Position numbers and translations under genes: made by a program. The notes under the pieces were generated by a model that saw only the letters and a program-made list of their open reading frames with translations, searched no databases and had not been told where the DNA came from. DNA of 61,068 bases, filler included. It is 11 parts of 11 records of this genome, joined end to end, with 100 filler letters (N's around TTAATTAATTAA, not from the genome) between each part and the next. Parts side by side here need not be neighbours in the genome. Positions count along the whole stretch, not along the records: positions 20,441 to 28,572 come from SRR7504441_15910; positions 28,673 to 33,901 come from SRR7504441_15915; 9 more parts are not named here. One strand, given 5' to 3'. Position 1 is the stretch's first letter. Each line of letters begins with the position of its first letter. Below are positions 22,355 through 31,642 of this stretch, piece by piece.

Positions 22355-22873
22355 TCACAAGATTGTGCAGCACTGCTCCTCCTCCTTTTCGGCAGCCACC
22401 GGCTTGGTTGGGGCAGGTTTGCCAGCTTCTTCTTTGAGCGAGACCGCGACCGCCCACAGCTGATGCTCGAGCTTCAGTGCGCCCCCAGTCCGCTTCTCCC
22501 CAGCCCGCAGTTCGCCCAGGGTCTTATCCAAATACTCCGGTAGCGGCAGCTCGCACGAGGGCGTGGAGCCGTCGGGGCAGTGCCAGCCGTAGGCTTTCAC
22601 CTCGCCGATCACGGCCTCCACATCAGCGTCGGTTGGCACCTTGGCCACCAGCGGCTCCTGGGTGTGGAGCAGCTGGCGGATGAGCTGGCGGAGCATCATG
22701 GCATCCGCCGCCTCGTGGAAGTGCATCATCTCGGTGTAAGCGTTGGCCCCCACCTCTGGGACTTTAGGGCCGAGCAGCTCAGCCGAGAAGTCCAGCGGCC
22801 CGAACTCCGCTGGCTTGTGCTTGGCCGCCCTGGCCTTGGGCACGGTGGTGTTGGGTCCAGCTCCCTTGCCCAT
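22355..22873 (-). CDS. Hypothetical 172-aa protein with C-terminal CaaX box
   Basis: Clean ATG-TGA ORF with GC3-rich codons, ending CCTIL. Confidence 0.7.
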   Translation of the reverse strand: MGKGAGPNTTVPKARAAKHKPAEFGPLDFSAELLGPKVPEVGANAYTEMMHFHEAADAMMLRQLIRQLLHTQEPLVAKVPTDADVEAVIGEVKAYGWHCPDGSTPSCELPLPEYLDKTLGELRAGEKRTGGALKLEHQLWAVAVSLKEEAGKPAPTKPVAAEKEEEQCCTIL

Positions 22874-22880
22874 TGCGTCC

Positions 22881-22905
22881 CGAAGAATCTAACGGACGTC
22901 CAACG
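22881..22905 (-). repeat. Right copy of 25-bp perfect inverted repeat
   Basis: CGAAGAATCTAACGGACGTCCAACG, 7 bp upstream of the ATG at 22873. Confidence 0.95.
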
Positions 22906-23040
22906 TCATGTAGGCTTAGGTATGTAAGCCGTTTTTAAGTAACTTTGTTATTAAATGAATAGTGATCAATGGAATGTATACATGTAACTCGATAGATCCA
23001 GATGAGTTGTCCGTGCCATGTCACATTATGTATGTATGTG

Positions 23041-25557
23041 CTATGCTTGGCAAGTCACGAGGGTGCCAAGGCGGACTTGCAACGCTCGACTGCCACAGCA
23101 GGGCTCAAGCTGATGCGAGAGCGTCCGGTTCGATCCGACCGGCGTGTATAGGCAATTCAGGCCGGGGCCCAAGGCCGTGCTAACCTCGGCGTGGCCCGTG
23201 AGGATTGCCAGGCTCAGCGAGCTGTTCCGAAAGTGGATTCCAGCTATTGTCAGGTTGGTGGTCCCGTCCAGAGGCAAGGTCGGCCTGAGTGTGAGTGCAC
23301 CGCCGGCTGGTGTATTGATGTAGCGCACACCGGCCCAGCCTTGGACCACAGCGGTCAGGAAGGTACCCATCCCGGTGGCAAACTGCGGCGTATTGCTCCC
23401 ATTAGGGCCCTCACTGAATGAGTTGAATGGGCCGTAGTTGTAGGCGTAATTCTTTTCAAACTCGGCCTGGGCTCGCCGAAGTACGCTCGCATCGCGCTGC
23501 TGCAGTTGAAGCAACATCACAGTGAACATGCCATATGTCATCGCCGGCCCGCTGATCGCCTTCTCGTACAGTCCGATGTCGTTTTGGGCCACGTCCGGCG
23601 GGAACTTGTAATCGAGTGGGTACTGGAGGAGCTGCACGTCGGCTTGGCGCACCACAGTCCCAATCTGGAACCCTTCGTATTCTGGGTGCACACGCAGGGA
23701 TTGGTTGAACGGGATGAACGGAGCGGCTGCGATAGTGGACCAGTTTGCCCCTGCCACGAGGCCACTGCCGTTGCCCAGCCACCCAGCCACCCGCACCGCC
23801 GAGCCGAGACTCCATGCGGCTATCCCAGAGACAAACCCACTGCCACTCCCAGATCAGTCCACTCTAGTGGCCTGTTAGCAACCTGTTGTTGACCGGCGCG
23901 TGAGACTCGTCGGGACCCATCACGTGGTTTAGGCAAAACTGGGAAGTGTTGCGCGGCGGGCTGCACCGCACCATCCGACTTGCGAAGAATCGTGCAATCT
24001 CAAAGCTCAGTGGTGCCCCGTGCTCAGCCAGCCATCCTAAGTCCCCCGACTGGCGATAGTACTGCTCGATCGCCCAGGCCACGCAGCCGGAACCCTCGAT
24101 CTCCTCCCAGCCGTACTTTGGCGCCGACCACATCTGATCGTAGCCCTGTCCCTGGTCAGGCCCAGCCCTCCCACCGAGCGCACTGTTACGGCAGACTCGA
24201 GAGGGATCTTGGCACCGGCATAACCCAGCCAGCGCGCACCGAGCTTGGCGGCTGCCACCCTCTCGGGCGCAGTTCTGTATTCGATCGCCGCTCGTGCGAG
24301 CTGTGGGAACAGTGGGAGGAGCGGCGGCCACATGAAGAACTCTTGATCCCAGAAGACGTGCCCGAGGTACCCTGCAGCCACATTGTAGTCCGGATCGTCA
24401 TCGTGCGGGTTGTCCGGCATGTCCTCGCTCCGAGCAGCCCGGATCCCACCACTGAACAACCCGCCCGGCGATAGCGCGTGCCCGGCTGCCAGCCCGTCCC
24501 GGCCCCATTCTGGGCTCATGGAGGCCAGCAGGCCATGCAGCGCTGACCAGCTTGCCCTGGCCAGCTGGATGGAGCCAGTCGCCGCGATATGAGCCCCGCC
24601 CCGCGCTGGATCCCAAAGGGCCTCCATCTCGGTCACGTGGGTAGAGAGCATTAAACCCTCGTCAGCCAGCGCGCGCGCGTGCAAGTAGACGCGCTTGGCT
24701 TGCTCCAGTGGTGAAGCGCTGCTGTTGAGTGAGCTGCCGTACCCAGAAACCCAGCTGACTAGCTGCACCCCGGGCCGCACCTCCAGCGTCGGCCCAGCAG
24801 CGTCGTAAACAACCGCCATGGCCTGCCGCTCGGCCGGGCCGGGCATCTCGCATCGCTGTCCGCCTTGGTACTCGGCTACCCCCAGGCACTTGGGCTCGGC
24901 GTGCCGGCTCACCCCGGCGAAAGCGCTTGCCCGCGGGATGCCGGGATCCACCGGGCTGGCGGCCAGGTCCGGGCCCTGGCTGATGTCCTCCGGGCTGAGG
25001 GTGGACCGTAGCGGGAGGCTGACGTTGCCGGTGCAGCTCGAATTGAGCCATAGCTCCGTTACCAACAGCGCCGCCGGCAGCCGCGGCGCGTACACCCGGC
25101 GCTCGGCGGAGATGCACCCAGACAGCGACGGCCAGCGGGCCAGGTATACTGCCCGGCGGGCGTCGAGTGCAAAGAGGGCCGCGGTCTGGGCCGGGCCGAT
25201 GGTCGAGGTGGTGGCCGGCACCTGGGCCCGCGCGGACGAATTCGCCCGCCAACCCGGGTGCTCCGGGAGCTGCCCGAAGCTATTATACAGCCCACCCAGG
25301 TAGACCGCGTCCAAGTCGGCCACGGTGGCCACCCGGCCGTTCCCAAGCGGGGCCGAGCTCCGCATCACGCTGTGCTGGTCCCGCCAGTCCGGGGCCGACT
25401 GGGAGGCCAGCAGCCACCCGGCCGCCGCCCCGGCCCGCCAGTCGGCCGGCAGCCAGCCCGGGAGCGGCTCGCAGCTGGCCGGCCCCAGCAACACCAGCAG
25501 CCACCCGAGTGACGACGCTCGAGCTACTCGCACCGCTCGAGCTACTCGCACCGCCAT
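23041..25557 (-). CDS. Secreted GH65 hydrolase (PGGHG/acid-trehalase-like), three exons
   Basis: GHVFWDQEFFMWP, ESAVTG, VMGPDE, RQADVQLLQYPL, GPAMT, FATGMGTFL; two GT-AG introns (38 and 43 nt) restore the frame. Confidence 0.88.
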
Positions 25558-25590
25558 CGGCTTAAAATAATAAAAAAATAAAAAGTAGGC

Positions 25591-26586
25591 ATGGCGCCCA
25601 CGGATGAGGAAAGGAAGCTCTCCGCGGTGGCGAACGGGCTGCGGGCCAACCTGGCCGGTGGCAAGCTGCTACTCGAGCACCCCCGGCTGCTCTGGCAGGC
25701 CCTGCGCAGCACCCCGCTCAGCGTCGGGTCGGTGCTTGTGGCAGCTGCCGGACTCTGGCTGCCGCTCGCGGCGCTCCGCTGGCTCATCCCGGACCGATTT
25801 GAGCCGGGCGCGATGGCCGGGCTGTGCTCAATGGAAAACCTGGTGATGGTGATCTCGCTGGTGGCTCTCAACTTGCTCCAGGCGCTGTTGCCGGCCCGCT
25901 CCGGACGCGAATTCTTCGGGGCGCTGCGGCTGTGTCACCCCGAGGCAGCGGACGGGCTGGAGCCGCGGCCGGTGCTCCGAGGGCTGGCGGCACAACTGGG
26001 CGGGCTGCTCATGGACCTGGGGCTGGTGCTGCTGGTCTGTGCCGGGCTGGTGATGCTAGCAGTGTGGATGCTCCCGCTGCTGCTCGCATCGAGCTTGGTG
26101 CTGGTTAGTCCGATCGGGCTCGCCGTTGGGGCCGGGCTGCTGCTACTGCTGGTAGGGCTTGCGCTGGCCGGGATGCTGGTCGGGCCGTTCGTGTCGGCGA
26201 TCAGCGCGATTAAGAAGCTCGGGGTGCGACCCGCCTGTTAGCGGCTCAGGCTGGGGCAGGCACCACTCGGGCTGGCGGTGCTGCTGGGCGTGCTGGTCGC
26301 AGGATTCTACAGGGACCAAGCGCTGTCTCTCACGCTCAGAGTCGCGTGGGCGGCCACCTGCTGTGGCGCGTTTGGGACGCAGCTGCTCAGTCAGGCAGCG
26401 ATACGGATGAGCTCTGCAGACTGGGCGACCTGGCGGGCAGAGCACCGGTGGGGGCTGCTCGGTCTCGGGTTCCCGATCTGGCTCAGCTCGGCCGTACACC
26501 CGCTGCTCACTGTGGCGCTGCTCGAGCTGTTTGAAGCGAGCGGGGCTGCGTATTATGGTGCACAAGTGAAGCCGGATGTGGACTAG
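25591..26586 (+). CDS. Multi-pass membrane protein, unknown family
   Basis: Several hydrophobic helices; one short GT-AG intron near 26224-26260 joins the ORFs. Confidence 0.6.
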
Positions 26587-26810
26587 TCAATGTCTAGATG
26601 ACATCGTAATTGATGCAAATGATCGCTTCGACTGCGCACGAGCTACATCGATGCCTGAGACTGAAGAGTGCTTGAAAATCAGCGCCTGATTCTTATGAAC
26701 CTTAGCTTATGAACTGCTCCTCAATAATCATTGAATTACGGTACTCGTTACGTACGGAGTACTTTATTTATTCATGGATCTATTGCTATCTATAGCACGT
26801 CTATATCGTG

Positions 26811-27866
26811 TTAGAATCCGTTGACGGTCAGCACGCTCGGCACCCGGCTCCAAAGCCCCTCCTGCTGCGCCCAGAGCGCCCGTCCGAACGGCTTCAAGTA
26901 TTTGACCAGCACGAGCACGAGCCCGAGCAACTGCCATCCATTCACCCAGCCTTGCCCGACCTCGCGCGCCTCCATCTGCTGCGCGCACAGGATGGCCGCG
27001 CTGGCTAGCACGGCCGGCCAGAAGCTTTGGGCCAGTCGGTGTGCGCACTGGACCGGCTTGCTAGTGTATGCCAGCAGCAGCGAGAGCTTGCCTGCTGCCC
27101 TGTGCTCCTCCACCTTGCGGCACATTCCGTTGCTCTCGAGCACCAGCACCAGCGTGAGCAGCTCGGCGGCCAGCTCGGCCCAGCCGGCCGACTGCCAGAC
27201 CCAGGCCACAAAGTTGAGTTTGCGCAGCTTGTAAACCGAGCATGCGATCGCCAGGCAGAGTTGGCACGGTTTGGACCCATGCATGTAACGGAAGACGCTG
27301 TCCCGGGGGACCAGGTGCATCAGCCCGAAGCACAGGAAGAACGAGACCAAGTGGCGCGGCCCTTTGAGGATCACCGGCGTCTCGTGGATGAGCAGCGACA
27401 CCAGGCTCGATCCGCCGTACTTGAGCATGGCGGCAGTCAACATGATCTCGGCCGCCCGTCGCCAGCGCGCCCGGGCGCACGCGGCTACCAGCCAGTAGTG
27501 CCCCGGGCTGGCAGGCCGGGTGGGCGAGGGCGGCTCGTCCGTGCTGTGCGAGCCACGTTTGATCAGCCACGGCCGGAGCAGCCGGAACTTGTAGCACGAG
27601 TCTAACGAATCGGTGAACGAGACCACACGCCCGTTGTTCCGGCTGAACACCCCCCGGCCCCACAGGTCCTCCAGCACCGCCAGCAGCAGCAGCAGAGTCA
27701 GCAGGTGCCCCAGGATCTGCCAGCCACCCTCCGCCTCGCGCGGCTCTGGCCGCTCCGCCTCGCGCGGCTTGGCCCGCGGCGGCAGCAGCTGGGCCAGCCG
27801 AGGCCGACGGACCGGCCGGGCGGCAGTATCGCCGCCAGGCTCAGCACCCCGGGCCCGGAGCACCAT
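26811..27866 (-). CDS. TRIC/TMEM38-like cation channel
   Basis: YGGSSLVSLLIHETP...LVPRDSVF...PCQL...VYKLRK resembles the TRIC FGG..L..LL..E.P...P.D pattern; multiple TM helices. Confidence 0.5.
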   Translation of the reverse strand: MVLRARGAEPGGDTAARPVRRPRLAQLLPPRAKPREAERPEPREAEGGWQILGHLLTLLLLLAVLEDLWGRGVFSRNNGRVVSFTDSLDSCYKFRLLRPWLIKRGSHSTDEPPSPTRPASPGHYWLVAACARARWRRAAEIMLTAAMLKYGGSSLVSLLIHETPVILKGPRHLVSFFLCFGLMHLVPRDSVFRYMHGSKPCQLCLAIACSVYKLRKLNFVAWVWQSAGWAELAAELLTLVLVLESNGMCRKVEEHRAAGKLSLLLAYTSKPVQCAHRLAQSFWPAVLASAAILCAQQMEAREVGQGWVNGWQLLGLVLVLVKYLKPFGRALWAQQEGLWSRVPSVLTVNGF

Positions 27867-28357
27867 GTCGCTCCGGTCAGGGCGTGATGTCAGCCGAACC
27901 GCCAACGACACTCGAGCTCTCGAAACAGGTTCCAGCGACGCACGCAGCGCCGCACAACCAGCAGCCCAATGGGAACATGACGGGTAAGATCCGTCTGTAC
28001 AACCGAGCAGGTGCCAGCTTACGTCCGGGACGTCGAGTATCTATCGCTCCTCCGGATACAGTATCCGCAACATCGGGATCAATCATCAATGCCGATTGCG
28101 ATCTAACGGATCTAATTCTTGGTCATACTCGTAAACATCTGCTAAGCACCTGCCTTACCGGATGCGCCGAGGCCGAGGGGGGAACGGCCTGATGTGCCAT
28201 GCCCGGGTGGGCTGGAGTCTCCTCTTCGAGTCCGTGTTTGTCAAATGACTTGCCACACCACACCCTTGCCACACTGATGCCAGAGCTTCAGGCAGCCCTG
28301 AGAGAGCGTGCAATAATTCTCCAGAGTCGGTTACGGAGGAGCACCCTCGGCTGCATC

Positions 28358-28572
28358 ATGGCGGACGGAGCTGTAGCAGTGGCCGATCGCGCGGGTTCGC
28401 CCAACAAGGTGCGGATTGGACAACTCTCGGGCAAGCTCCAAAGCCTTCAAGATGAGCTCGAGCACGAGAAGCAGGTGCGCCTCCCTCTTGCCCCCCCCCC
28501 GCCTGACCCCGGGGACGTTTTCGCCAGGCTCGCAGCGACGCCGTCGAGCTCAAGCTCAAGGTGCTCGACGAC
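28358..28572 (+). CDS. SF-assemblin/beta-giardin-like protein, 5' fragment
   Basis: SPNKVRIGQLSGKLQSLQDELEHEKQ, intron 28475-28527, then ARSDAVELKLKVLDD. Confidence 0.55.
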
Positions 28573-28928
28573 NNNNNNNNNNNNNNNNNNNNNNNNNNNN
28601 NNNNNNNNNNNNNNNNTTAATTAATTAANNNNNNNNNNNNNNNNNNNNNNNNNNNNNNNNNNNNNNNNNNNNGCAAGCTTCGCAGATGGCACAATCCGGC
28701 GGAAGCGGCCCGATGCAGGCATCGCTACTGTACAAGATGAAGCGGAGCAGCGGAAACGCGATGCAGTCAGGCATTTGCTAGATGCGAGGCCGGGGTTCAC
28801 GTGTAGTATGAGTACGGCTATACCAACAACGTACTGTAGGTAACAGAGTACATAGATAATTATAAAGTCACGAGACGCTATGATGAGACACTTGCATGAT
28901 ATTATATCCAGGCACTAAGTTCATCAAC

Positions 28929-29861
28929 TTATTGTGGGGTTCCAAAGTGTCGCGGCAGGCAACCGGGCACCAGTTCCGGATGCATATCCACACAGGTGCC
29001 GGTCACCCGTGCACTCGCGCTCGACAGCAGCCAGCCAACAGTCACGGCCACATCACTCGGATCCAGCAGCCGGCCGGTTGGGTAGCTCCGCTCAGCCCGC
29101 GCGACCCAATCTGGCCCGGCGGCCTGCCGCTGCAGCTTGTCCTCCGACGGGGTGACGCACCAGCCTACATTGACGGCGTTTACTCGTATCTTGCAATCCA
29201 TCAGCTCGTTTGCACTGTGCTTTGTGATGTAGTTCAGTCCGGCCTTGGAACAACCGTATGCGAAATGTTCCGGCCCGCCACCGTGCGCATGGACCGACGA
29301 GATATTGACCACCGATCCACCCCAGCCCTGCCTCCTCATCACTCGGGCGGCCGCCTGAGTCAACAGAAACGGCGCGCGCAGGTTTGTGCCAATGATTTTA
29401 TCCCACAGTGCCGGAGTGGTGGCCTCCATCGTGCCCCGGTCCGTGATACCGGCTGCGTTCACCAGCCCGTCCACCCGACCGAACTGCCGCTCGGCCAGCC
29501 CCACCGCCCGGGTGCAGTCGTCCTCGCTCCGGCAGTCGCCCAGGCAGGCCACAGCCGCGCAGCCGCTCGCCGCCTGGATATCGGCGGCAACGGCCTCGGC
29601 GCGCGCGTCCCTGTCGAACAGCACGAGCCCGGCCGCCCGGTGCGCGGCCAGGTGCCTTGCGCACGCCTCCCCGATCCCCATCGCCCCGCCAGTCACTACG
29701 AATACCAGTCCCTCCACTATCAGGCTCGGCTCGGTACGCAGCGGGTCGGCAGCCGGCGACCGGGGGGCTGGGGCACTGGCCACGGGGCTCGCGCGCTGTC
29801 GCTGCCACCAGGCCCATACAGCCAGCACGCCGGCGATCACCAGCCCGCCCCGCCGCTCCAT
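28929..29861 (-). CDS. Classical short-chain dehydrogenase/reductase with N-terminal membrane anchor
   Basis: TGGAMGIG, LVNAAG, VNISS, YGCSK, IRVNAV; intronless. Confidence 0.92.
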   Translation of the reverse strand: MERRGGLVIAGVLAVWAWWQRQRASPVASAPAPRSPAADPLRTEPSLIVEGLVFVVTGGAMGIGEACARHLAAHRAAGLVLFDRDARAEAVAADIQAASGCAAVACLGDCRSEDDCTRAVGLAERQFGRVDGLVNAAGITDRGTMEATTPALWDKIIGTNLRAPFLLTQAAARVMRRQGWGGSVVNISSVHAHGGGPEHFAYGCSKAGLNYITKHSANELMDCKIRVNAVNVGWCVTPSEDKLQRQAAGPDWVARAERSYPTGRLLDPSDVAVTVGWLLSSASARVTGTCVDMHPELVPGCLPRHFGTPQ

Positions 29862-29939
29862 CAAAAGGGCTGCTGCGAGGCCACAAATCGGGAAATCGGC
29901 CCAACTGAAACGCAGCCGGGCACGCCGCGTTGTTGAGGG

Positions 29940-31221
29940 ATGCCGGTCGGAAACGGTACTATCGGGGCCGGCGGCCGGCTGACCGTGGTCCAGCATCTGT
30001 ACTGCCGACTACGTTCGGGGCGAGCTTCCCTCTGGCGCTGCTCAGCCTGGTCTGCTGGGGGAGCTGGACCAACACCCGCAAGGCCGCCCCGAGCCCGTTC
30101 CCGCTATTTTACATGGACTACGCGCTCGGCCTGTCCCTCCGCCCGCCCGCGCCGGGCGAGCCGACTGGGCAGGTTTGGGTCGTCGGCGGTGTGCTTCCTC
30201 ACGCTGGGTGGGGCGCACATCCTGGCGGAGCACCAGCACTCCAAGGAACACTATCTGGACCTCCAAGGCGACCCGGTGCCCTGGAAGCAGATCTGGGGCT
30301 CGCTCGGTGCCGGCGCGCTGTTCAATCTGGCCAACGTGCTGCTGCTGATCGGGATCGACCTTGCCGGGCTCGTGGTGGCCTTCCCCGTGGCCATCGGTGC
30401 TCGCCTGGCCCGCGGCGGGCTCACGGGGGCTGGTAGGCACTTCTCTCGTGGTTGGGACGGTCTTGACCTACATCATACAGCCCAAGGGCGACCCGGCCAT
30501 GCTGTTCTGCGGGATGGGCCTCGGGCTGCTGGCTGTGCTCGCGATGGCACGAGCACACAAGCTCAAGAACGAGCCTTGTGGCAACAAGCCAGACGACGGC
30601 GCTGTCTCGGCCGAGTATGAGATTCTAAAGAGCGAGGAGGCCGAGCCGCCGGCGAGCAACCAGCGGGTGATCGTGGTCTGTCTGGTGGGCGGGCTGATCA
30701 TGGGGTGCCATCCGCTCTTGGGCTGGGCTGAGTGGGCTTGCAGTTGCTGGTCGCCGATTGCCGCCTACGTGATGGATACAGACCACAAGGGAGCGCTCAC
30801 GCCGTACTGCTACAACGTGCTGTTCACCATGGCCGCGCTGGTCACCAGCCTGCCTGTGTGCTACTTCCTGGCACACCGGCCAGTCTCTGGGGAGCCTACC
30901 CGAATGTCAAAGTTTTGGTCGCTTCCTATTGACCAGCACTTGTGGGGGATGCTGGGCGGTCTAGTCTGGGAGATAGGCACCATCGCCAATGCCCTGGCTG
31001 GGAATGATCTCGGATTCGCGCTGTGCTACGCGCTCGGTCAAAGCGCTCCGATGATGGCTGTGCTGTATGGCGTCTTTTATTTTAAGGCACGACCAGTGCT
31101 GGGGGGCGCTGACTGGTGGCGGCAGGAGTTTGCCGGGGTGAGCAAGGCTGTCTGGTTCTGGCTGGGAGCCACGCTCGTGTTCTATTTTGGGGCGATTGGG
31201 TTGATTGCAAGCGCACATTGA
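29940..31221 (+). CDS. Ureide-permease/GRP-like DMT-superfamily transporter, six exons
   Basis: CWGSWTNT, FYMDY, LFNLAN, VAFPVAIG, LTPY, HLWGMLGG, YALGQ, GVFYFKEF after removing five 38-40 nt introns. Confidence 0.82.
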
Positions 31222-31537
31222 TACATGCATGATACACGTGTACAAGGCGGAGTACATTAGAGTACATTGTTTTGACCTACGAGTAGTGTCGACCTCCTCG
31301 TCTGATCCCTCCTCCAAAGTAATTCACCCCGCACCTAGCACGTTTTTTAAAAAAAGCATTGTTAATAACATAACATTGAAATTGGCGATTGTCTACGTTT
31401 GTTATTTATTATTTAATTAAAAGCGACGAAATTGTTGCACTAGTTATGTTACGGTTGACACGATTTGAATGTACACAAGTGGTGTGTCTAAAATCAGCTT
31501 GTAGCAAAGACATGGGAAGCAGCCTTGGGTTGGTTGC

Positions 31538-31591
31538 CGGTTCGTCCTAGTAGAGTCGATCAATCGACTCTCTCACGGTTCGTCCTAGTAG
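31538..31591. repeat. 16-bp direct repeats flanking a 9-bp-stem hairpin
   Basis: CGGTTCGTCCTAGTAG at 31538-31553 and 31576-31591; AGAGTCGAT-CA-ATCGACTCT at 31552-31571. Confidence 0.85.
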
Positions 31592-31642
31592 GAAGGACAC
31601 CTCACGAGGACTAAACTGGGTAGAGCCAACCAAGCCCGATTC

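Noticed and set aside
25517..25554. 18-bp tandem duplication at the GH65 N-terminus (AVRVAR x2)
   Set aside because: Simple in-frame duplication in the signal-peptide N-region.
31538..31591. CRISPR array
   Set aside because: Only two 16-bp repeats, eukaryotic context, no cas genes.
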